The notes beneath the pieces are model-generated. The model was not told the DNA's origin. It was given only the letters and a program-made list of their open reading frames with translations, and did no database searches. Positions 9,057 to 17,600 of a stretch of 37,278 nucleotides of DNA are shown here, one piece after another (position 1 is the stretch's first letter; every line of letters begins with the position of its first letter). Source of the DNA: Candidatus Omnitrophota bacterium (lineage in GTDB: Bacteria > Omnitrophota > Gorgyraeia > 2-01-FULL-45-10); contig JBAYFK010000001.1 of the NCBI GenBank assembly GCA_041667225.1, positions 1 through 37,278 of the forward strand. The letters run 5' to 3'. A program made the translations under genes and the position numbers.

Positions 9057-10388
9057 ATGAAAGTCGCAATTATCAGCCTTGGGTGTCCGCGTAACCTTGT
9101 CGATTCCGAAGTGATCCTCGGAGAATTGAAGAAGGAAGGGTTCTCCGTCTGCGATATAGATGATACCCCCGATATATGCGTGATAAATACATGCTCCTTC
9201 ATACAATCCTCCCGCGAAGAGTCTGTCGATGCGATAATAGAAGCCGCCGCGCTTAAAAAGGAGAAAAGAATAGGGCATCTTGTCGTCTGCGGCTGCCTTC
9301 CTCAGATGTATAAAGACAAACTTCTTAAAGAAGTGCCGGAGATAGATATCATCCTCGGGACGAGCGATTTTTCCAAAATAAAGGATTATGTCAACAGCCG
9401 CAGTTTTGCAAAAAGACGGGCGGTGATCGGAGCCAAGACCGATTACCTTTATGATGAACATTCCCCAAGAGAACTATTGACGCCATCGCACTACGCATAC
9501 GTGAAGATCTCCGAAGGATGCGATAATTTCTGCAGCTACTGTAACATCCCGCGCTTAAGAGGCGCTCACAGGTCCAGAGATATAAATTCCGTGGTAAAAG
9601 AAGTAGAACGGCTTTTGAGGCCGGGGCGCATCAAAGAGATAGATATCATCGGACAGGATACGACGATGTTCGGCCGTGATACCTGCCAAGAGGGCCGTCT
9701 CGGAGAGCTTTTACGTAAAGTCACGGGGGTGAAGGGTTCCCCCAGATGGATAAGGCTGCTCTATACGCATCCTGCCCACTATACAGAGGACTTTATAGCC
9801 GCTGTAAGAGATGAGGAGAAGGTATGCAAATATCTCGATATCCCGATACAGCACATAAGCGATACTGTGCTTAAAAAAATGAACAGGCATACCACAAAAA
9901 AGGGTATAATCGGATTGATAGATAGATTGAGAAATGATATACCGCTCCTTGCGATCAGGACGTCTCTCATAACCGGTTTCCCCGGAGAGACGGATAAGGA
10001 CTTCAAGGAGTTGTTCGATTTCGTGCGCGAAATACGTTTTGAGAGGCTGGGTGTCTTTGCATATTCGAAAGAGAATGGCACGCCTGCCGCTAAACTTAAG
10101 GGGCAGCTGCCGGAGAAGGTAAAACGCGATCGTGTAGATGTGCTGATGAGGGCGCAGGCCGGGATATCGCTGGATATAAACAGGTCTTTTATAGGCAGGA
10201 CGGTAGACGTCCTTATCGATGAAAAGCAAAAGGGCGATGAAGGCGTGTCGATCGGCCGTACCGCGCACGACGCTCCTGAGATCGACAATGCTGTTCAGGT
10301 GACGGGTAAAGATGTGCGTGTTGGAGATTTTTGCAGGGTAAAGATAACTGCGGCTACGGAATATGATCTTATAGGAGAGGCATTATGA
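9057..10388 (+). CDS. rimO: ribosomal protein S12 methylthiotransferase RimO (radical SAM, MiaB family)
   Basis: The N-terminus KVAIISLGCPRNLVDSEVILGEL is typical of RimO. The radical-SAM motif CDNFCSYC and a C-terminal TRAM domain are present. Confidence 0.85.
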   Translation: MKVAIISLGCPRNLVDSEVILGELKKEGFSVCDIDDTPDICVINTCSFIQSSREESVDAIIEAAALKKEKRIGHLVVCGCLPQMYKDKLLKEVPEIDIILGTSDFSKIKDYVNSRSFAKRRAVIGAKTDYLYDEHSPRELLTPSHYAYVKISEGCDNFCSYCNIPRLRGAHRSRDINSVVKEVERLLRPGRIKEIDIIGQDTTMFGRDTCQEGRLGELLRKVTGVKGSPRWIRLLYTHPAHYTEDFIAAVRDEEKVCKYLDIPIQHISDTVLKKMNRHTTKKGIIGLIDRLRNDIPLLAIRTSLITGFPGETDKDFKELFDFVREIRFERLGVFAYSKENGTPAAKLKGQLPEKVKRDRVDVLMRAQAGISLDINRSFIGRTVDVLIDEKQKGDEGVSIGRTAHDAPEIDNAVQVTGKDVRVGDFCRVKITAATEYDLIGEAL

Positions 10389-10975
10389 CACTTCCCGACA
10401 AACTTACGATATCTCGCATATTTTTGACATTCGTATTTATGTTCTTCTTATTCTCGCAGGGCGTGCTGGCGAAGACGCTTGCTCTCGTCACATTCCTTGT
10501 CGCGTCCTTTACGGATTTCCTCGACGGGTATATCGCGAAAGGAAGGAACATCGGGACGGATTTCGGTAAGCTGATGGATCCGATCGCCGACAAGGTGCTC
10601 GTTCTTGCGGCATTCATGGCGTTCGTCGAGATGAAGCTCGTTCCCGCGTGGATGGTAGTCATAATAATGCTGCGCGAGATCACGATAACTGTGTTGAGGG
10701 TATCGGCGTTGGCGAAGGGTAAGGTGATCGCGGCCGACGGCGGCGGCAAGCAGAAGATGGTGTCGCAGGTCGTATCGATATTTGCAATAACGCTCTTCCT
10801 GATCCTGAGAGAGGCCGGTATAAAGGTCTTCAATTTCTGGAGCCCGAGGACAGAGATGATATATAAAGACGCGATCTTTGTTCTTATGCTCATCACGACG
10901 GTGCTGACGCTTGCCAGCGGGATCGGATATTTTGTGAAGAATAAGGATGTATATTTCGATGCAAAGAGCCGTTAA
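10385..10975 (+). CDS. pgsA: CDP-diacylglycerol--glycerol-3-phosphate 3-phosphatidyltransferase
   Basis: The CDP-alcohol phosphatidyltransferase motif is present: DFLDGYIAKG...G..MDPIADK. The product is a multi-TM protein. ATGA overlap with the rimO stop. Confidence 0.9.
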   Translation: MTLPDKLTISRIFLTFVFMFFLFSQGVLAKTLALVTFLVASFTDFLDGYIAKGRNIGTDFGKLMDPIADKVLVLAAFMAFVEMKLVPAWMVVIIMLREITITVLRVSALAKGKVIAADGGGKQKMVSQVVSIFAITLFLILREAGIKVFNFWSPRTEMIYKDAIFVLMLITTVLTLASGIGYFVKNKDVYFDAKSR

Positions 10976-11411
10976 ACTGATCACAAGCGTATTTTATCTC
11001 GGGCACATCCCGGTAATGCCGGGTACGATGGGTTCGCTAGGCGCGCTGTGGCTCTATTATGCTGTAAAGAATAATATCTCGGCCTATATCATCACAACGG
11101 CCGTCATATTTTTAGCGGGTATTTTCTTATCCTCCCTTTCAGAAAAGATCTACGGAAAGAAAGACCCTAAAGAGGTCGTGATAGACGAAGCTTGCGGCAT
11201 GATGCTCTCGCTCATATTTTTGCCGTATTCGATATGGATAGTGATAACAGGTTTTTTCCTCTTCAGGTTGTTCGATATCATAAAGCCTCCGCCATTGCGA
11301 AAGATGGAAGCGCTTCCAGGCGCTTTCGGCATTATGCTCGACGACATCGCAGCCGCCATTTATACAAATATTATTCTGCAAATCCTCACCCGCATCTTCC
11401 ATTTGACATAA
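10947..11411 (+). CDS. pgpA: phosphatidylglycerophosphatase A
   Basis: PgpA family signatures are present: GHIPVMPGTMGSLGAL, VVIDEACGM, FRLFDIIKPPP and GIMLDDIAAAIY. It is functionally coupled to the upstream pgsA. ATG 10959 is an alternative start. Confidence 0.85.
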   Translation: MYISMQRAVKLITSVFYLGHIPVMPGTMGSLGALWLYYAVKNNISAYIITTAVIFLAGIFLSSLSEKIYGKKDPKEVVIDEACGMMLSLIFLPYSIWIVITGFFLFRLFDIIKPPPLRKMEALPGAFGIMLDDIAAAIYTNIILQILTRIFHLT

Positions 11412-11446
11412 AAAGTTAGTATATAAAAAAGTTAGCATTATCCTGC

Positions 11447-11475
11447 TTGACCATCCTATAATTATATGATATAAA
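11447..11475 (+). promoter_or_regulatory. candidate sigma70-type promoter for the giant gene
   Basis: The elements are TTGACC (11447-11452), a 17-nt spacer, then TATAAA (11470-11475). A TG at 11467-11468 gives an extended -10. This is the only good -35/-10 pair I found in the 280-nt pgpA-to-giant-gene spacer. Sequence match only. Confidence 0.3.
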
Positions 11476-11617
11476 TAGAAAATATATATTTCTAGGACCC
11501 GCGATTTTCTGTATAAACTCGGGGGAGTGATCGAGGGTCTTGAAGAAAATAGGTTTACACCATCTTAACTGCATCGCAGATATGGCTATTCTATAGGTGT
11601 GGATCGATTTTCAAGGA

Positions 11618-11657
11618 CCAGATTGCCTAGAAAAAAGAAGGCAATCTGGTTTTTTTA
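11618..11657 (+). terminator. rho-independent terminator-like hairpin (possible attenuator) 35 nt upstream of the giant gene ATG
   Basis: A perfect 10-bp stem, CCAGATTGCC (11618-11627) / GGCAATCTGG (11640-11649), encloses a 12-nt A-rich loop. Eight consecutive T (11650-11657) follow immediately. Confidence 0.6.
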
Positions 11658-11692
11658 TTGCCTCTGTGTTAATAAAATTGAAAGAGAGATTA

Positions 11693-14600
11693 ATGCCTGA
11701 AAGAAAATTTTTCGATCGATCAAATCCGCTGATCAAGACCATCTCTTTAATACTTCTCATCGCTTTCATAGCCCAGGATATAGCATGGGCTGATCCTCAA
11801 ATCTTTTTAAATCAAAGATCATCAGGCGACAAGTTGGCAGCGTCCACTTTTCTGAGGTCCGAAAAGGCCGTAAATAAAGTAAGCGCAAAAGCCATAGAGT
11901 ACGCTGTCGAAGAGTATAGCGCTATTCCCCGTGAAAAGCTCGACGTAGCATGCGTAAGAGCGTCTATAAGAAGTTTATTGGATAAGAATAAGGAATGGTT
12001 CGCTGCGCATGTCAGCTATTCAATGATGTCTCTTGATGGTACGCCCATAGGCGACGATGCGCATGACGGCGATATCGCCGAAGTGGTGGTAAAATTCGCT
12101 CCCGGCTGGTCGGTCAGGTATTTCGATCCCGCAACAGCTAGACCTCAAGAAGGATTCTCCGCTCCCGTAGCAATTAATGACAGGCTCCATAAACAGCTAA
12201 TAACCGGCCCCGGCGACTCTCCTAAGGGGCCGTTCAATTTCTCATTCGGAGAAGGTGTGGGCCTTCGTCATATGGAGGTTAATAATATCATCGCCTTCCA
12301 TGACCTGACCATTGCAAAAAAGGGTAAGTACCATGAAACCGAATTCTATGAGCGTAAGCTGGATGCCGACAAGGATCCAACTTACCATGCAAAAATAGAA
12401 AGAGCCGCAGACCTTCTGATGGCGCAAGGCATCGTTCTTTTTGCAAAAGGCATGGCCTGCACGATAGCGGCGGGAATACCTTTAATAATGCTTTTTACGA
12501 CCCCTCTCGTCGCTATATTCGGTATTTCCATGCTCCCCATAACTTATATATTCGGAAAAAAAGCGCATAAATATTTCATCAGCGCGAAAGGGTACTACGA
12601 TCGCTCCCTAAGCATAAGGGGTGATACCACGGTAGTACTTGTTGATATCCCGTCCCATCTCCTCCTGAGCGGAAAAGAACTGGATGGCTCCAGCTTTTAC
12701 CAGTTCACCCACATAGGAAGGGCCAGGCGCGTGATCTATATGCCGAAGAAGGCATTGCGCGATATGGATATAGCCGATCCCTACGACATGCGCCAACTCG
12801 CGACAATATTGAACCACGATCAGGTCGAGCTCGACATGATGCACAGAGATAACAGGATAGCCGCCGCAAAGACATACGCGGATTACGAAAATCTTCTTAC
12901 GGCCTTTCATGACGCCGCAAAACTTGAAGACCCATTCGGCGAAGCGGCGCATATAGAAGAGCGCATAGCGGGCTGGATGGAGATGGACGATTCCGCAGCT
13001 TCGATACTTAAAAGAGAGATCGAAGAAAAGGTCATGGAATTCGAGATGCGCCAAAGCAATATATTGGATTCGGAAGAATCGCTGGTCAGCGGCCGCTTCT
13101 CATATATATATACTACTGCTAGCATGGCGATGCAGATCGGTTATGCTTATGAGGTTCTGGGCGACCAAAGATCTGCCCACGAGTATTACGGGAAAGCCTG
13201 GTCCAATTTTGTCGAGGTCGTTTCATCTGACGTATATATACTGCCTATCTATGCCCAGCTCAATATAGTAAGGATCAATGCCTTTGAAGGCGACTATGCG
13301 GAAGCGGCCGTGGATTTTAAAAGGCTGACCAATTATGAGATAGGAGTTCCGCACCCGTCCGCTAAATATGTCAAAGGTTCAGTGCGCGTCGTCGAGACCC
13401 ATATCGCGGAAAATATTGAACGGTGGCGCGATGAGGTTTCGGCCCTTATGCGCCACCATGCTCAGGCCTCTGGCGATGTCGGCGGGATGGAAAGGGCGGC
13501 AGCGGCTATTGAAGATATTACGGGAGCTGTCAGTAAATACCTTGGAGAGCAGGAGGTTTTCGAGAAGAGGGAGAAGGAGCGGGCGAGCTATGGCGAACTT
13601 GTGGAAGAGCTGAGGCGCGCTATCCTGATCGGTAACAAACTTTGGGCGGCAAATGTACAGGATGCGCTTTCAGAGAGATTCAAAGGTGAATTACCGGAAG
13701 AAGTAGAGCGGGTGATAAGAGAGACGAGATCGCCGACCGCCGAGATGATCCCGGATGCCGATACGCTTGCAAGCTACATAGACGAACTGGAAAAGGCGGA
13801 GAATATACTTATAGATGAAGAGCAATATGAAAAAAAGGTCTTAAGGCCGCTATTCGACCTTTTGTTATCGTGCCTTGAGAGGGATTTTGACGGGACAGAT
13901 GAATTTGCTGCACATTGCCGCACTGCCATTTCAAAGCAGGATGCGTATGAGCTCCGGATGCAGATGAATAATAAGGACGAGGCGCTTCTCGATAAATTCA
14001 ACAAGATCAGGAGAAAAGACGGTACAGAAGATACTTCTATAGAACTTTATGGACTGCTCCTATTCCACCTTACTGCGGATTCGACGCCTTACATACGCCG
14101 TCTTTATAAAGAATTTATGCAGACCCGCCCGGTCGACAAAATAGCATTTGCACGCAAAGGAGTATCTTATCATACGCGTGGAGACGCAATAATCTATTAT
14201 TATCCCAAGAACCTTCTATTCGAAGGCAGGCGCGCCAATGCCAGAGAAGGACATAGATACGGAGAGGCGAGCGCTCTGGAGGACGCTAAATCCTCGGAGA
14301 ATGCCAGGAAGATCGCGCGGGCTGTTGAAATGTGGAAAACGGCCGCCGAGAACAACCGGGATCTTGACGAGAGGATAAGGCATTTCGAGGACATAACTTC
14401 TATCGTCGAGTTAAATATGAAGACGTCCCTTCTTTTTTCGGATCCACAGCAGAATGTGGTCCGTCCGATCCACTCAGGAAGAAGCCGTCACAGGCTGTAC
14501 CTTTCCAAGCATTATCTCGATTCGCTCGATATAAATAATGAGAGAGACATGAAAGAGCTCGCCACATGGCTCAATTATGGACAGGACTTTCTGGATACGC

Positions 14601-17600
14601 ACGATTTGATGGCGGATGGGGGATATGCGATACCGCGTATACAGAAGGCCCTTTCGAATTTAACATACTCATTTTTTGATCACGAGGATACCGGACTTTT
14701 AGAGCCGGGCTATCTCAAAGAACGGCTTGCGGCGTTCATGGAAGAGGATTTTCTCATCAAGTACAGGGAAGTGCTTCTTGCTGCGATAAAGGAAGAGAAG
14801 GAGGCCGAGGTTACTATGCGCACGATAGTCGAACCCGGCAGGGCCGCTCCTAATGAATATAAATTGGCGAGGAACTCTTATGGCCATCTTCTTTACCGGT
14901 ATGAGGGATTAGGACTTCGCTCCAAGGCTGACAAGGCCTATATGCAGATGACGATCGCTACGTCCGTCGTTCAGACGCACGAAGGCGGCATCACTCCGTG
15001 CACGGATCAGATCGAGCTTGTGCTTACGGCACTGCGTTTCGCGAGATGGGATGATTTCACAAAAGAACTGCGCAAGCTTTTAACAGGAAAAGGTTATCCC
15101 AGGCCTATCGAAAAGTCGGAGCTGCCTCTCGTCATATTTATGTTACGAGGCCGTTTCCAGAACGATCTTCGGCATGCGATCCATGCGCAGAAAGAGGCTG
15201 CCGATCCGTATTCCTACCCGATAGTGGAAAAGGTGGAGAAAGAGGCCGATAAACTTTTGAAAGAATTCTCAGAACACCCGTTCAGCGATCTGGGGCCTAA
15301 GGATGTCCAGGATAGCACAGCGACTCTTTCGTTCATAGGTAAGGCGCTGGGTATAAGATATTCTTCGTTCTTCCATGCTCCGGTCATCGAAGAAAGCGCC
15401 AAGGTGGGCATACCCTTCGGGATATATGCCGTACTCGATGCGGTCAAGCATTCGTTCCCATCCCTTAATGCAGCTATCTTTGCAGGTGCTATCGCCGTAT
15501 TCGGTATCGTCTTTATCATTGCTCATCTATTGAATGAAAGGGCGCCTCCGCGATCGGCAGGAGAAGCGTTCCGTATCTTTGCGGCGCCTGCTGCCGCGAC
15601 CATCGCAGGCGGTATTCTTTCCTATCTCTTTTTTACAAACCCATTATATGCAATTCTCTCAAGCATTCTCGCTCATCTTATTATAAATGCGATCGTTTGG
15701 GCGCTACGCCGTTTAAATATCGACATCAAATACTCGACCGTATATTTTCCGGGTTCTCATCGTGTGACATGGACAGAGATAGAGCGTATACGTGAACTTT
15801 CCGCAAAATGGGACCTTAAGGCTAACGGGTTGAAAAATCTTGAAGATGTGCTTAAAGACCCGGGAGCTGAAAATGTGCGGCGCGCCATACTTGACCTTCT
15901 TGAAGGGGGAACGTATAGCGCGCTCAGCCGTTTCCAGATGTACAAAGAGAGGGAACGCGGGTCAAAAGCGGAATTCCTTGGAGAATTGGTACAGGCGGCC
16001 TCGTGCCAGAGACGCATCAGGTCTTCAAAGGTCATCGAGATGGGTCCCATATTGGCAGGAGCTGAGATCGATGCAGTTGTCGAAGTAGATCATAAGAAGT
16101 ATGCCTCGAGAAGACAGACAGGGCTTACCTATGACCTTCCCGATGGGATATATCTCATGGAAGGGAAGGTTGACGAGTTTGGCGATATAGAACAGTTCAT
16201 CAGCTATATTTTCGAAACAAAACTTGATAAGTATCTGCGGGCCGCGCGGGAATTGAAGAAGAAGGGCAAGAAAGTTTCAGGGATCATATTTGCCGTAGGC
16301 GGCGGCATAGCCAGCTTGAATCCCGAGGAGTTCAGAAAGAGGCTGATCGAGATGGGAGAGTCGGATGAAGAGATCCTCGCCGCCGGCTTTGATCCCGAAA
16401 AATTCAAGGTATACACTTATCTTGTCCCGGAAACTATCTACGAGGAAGGGCCCAAGACCGCGCTTACGCCTAAGGATATAGAATATATCGATGCGGTAAT
16501 GAAAAGGCCGGAAGAGGATGGCTCTATACCGCAAGAGACGCTTTTAGAGTGCCGTTCGGTCCTTGAGCGCGCGCTTCTCCTGTTTGGGCTTGAGAGGGTG
16601 AGATCCGTCTATCTATCCAACCATTTCAGAAGGCACAATGTAAGCCTCGTGGCCCGTACATACGATATTAATGAATATGCGAAAGCCGTGCTCGACCTTA
16701 AGAGCGACATAGCCGAGATCGATAAAGATATGACCTTTGTCATGGACGATTCGTTCATAGCCGAAGATGGAACGGCTCCCGTTCTCGACGGGAAGAAGAC
16801 CGACAGGGTAAGGAACCCCAACTATGAAAAAATGGATTTCACTCTCGGGCAGAAGACGTGGGGGAATTTCGAGATGTTCATATCGAAGGACAGGTCGACC
16901 GTATATGTTTCGTCCGTTGAGAGGGGTTCTGCCGAGTACTTTTCTATCAACATGGATATGGCAGCGCCGCATCCGCTTATGTACCATTCGGGTGATCTGC
17001 ATATAGCGCTTGACGCATCTATCCCGGCCGCATCCTTAAACAACGGACATAATATAAATATGGCCAGGATCATAGGCATCCTCAGAGAGGCGATCGGGTT
17101 CAGAGAGGAAGTTGTAAAACATGATAGATCGGACTACTATTGGATAGACAGGCTGGGCGGCCGGGGAAATGAATTGGTGTCATACGATATTCTGGCTGCC
17201 CATAAGATCCCGCATCTTATGGAATTTGTCGGCCCTCATGCGCTCATACCGGATCTCTATGCGCTCAACGAAAAGAATAGACTTGAATTGCTTGCGGAAT
17301 TTGGCAGGCATAGTCCTGCGGTCCTGGGCAAAAAGTTCGCTTACGGTTACTATGCGATAGTTTCGGTCCCGCAAGGACGCAGGCCGACGAACGAGAAGTT
17401 CCCTCCGGCAGAGGAGCTTATTTTAAGCGCCAGCATGCCGGATAAATTTCTGCGCAGCCCAGCGCAATTCCAGAAAAGCGCCTCAGTGATAGCTGAAGAG
17501 TTCCTTGCAAACCTCAGGATTTTAGCTTCCGAAGAGGATATGAGTATGCCTGTACCTCGCTCGATCATGGTCGAGGATTCATACGGGAATATGAAGATCC

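Noticed and set aside
8430-9461. 343-aa ORF on the minus strand
   Set aside because: It is antisense to rodZ-like and rimO, spans their intergenic gap, and has no family motifs. I treat it as a shadow ORF.
11192-11419. 75-aa + strand ORF in an alternative frame of pgpA
   Set aside because: It is fully nested in pgpA, which has clear family motifs. Its Arg/His-rich translation has no recognisable features.
11410-11435. 10-bp direct repeat AAAAAGTTAG x2, 16 nt apart, just after the pgpA stop
   Set aside because: The repeat is short and lies in an extremely AT-rich spacer, so chance occurrence is plausible and nothing else supports a function.
11597-11692. ORF-track N-terminal extension of the giant gene (GTG 11597, MWIDFQGPDCLEKRRQSGFFIASVLIKLKERL)
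   Set aside because: The extension would be translated through a perfect 10-bp hairpin plus T8 terminator-like element, and it has no RBS. ATG 11693 is followed immediately by a classic signal-anchor sequence. I cannot fully exclude the upstream start without experimental data.
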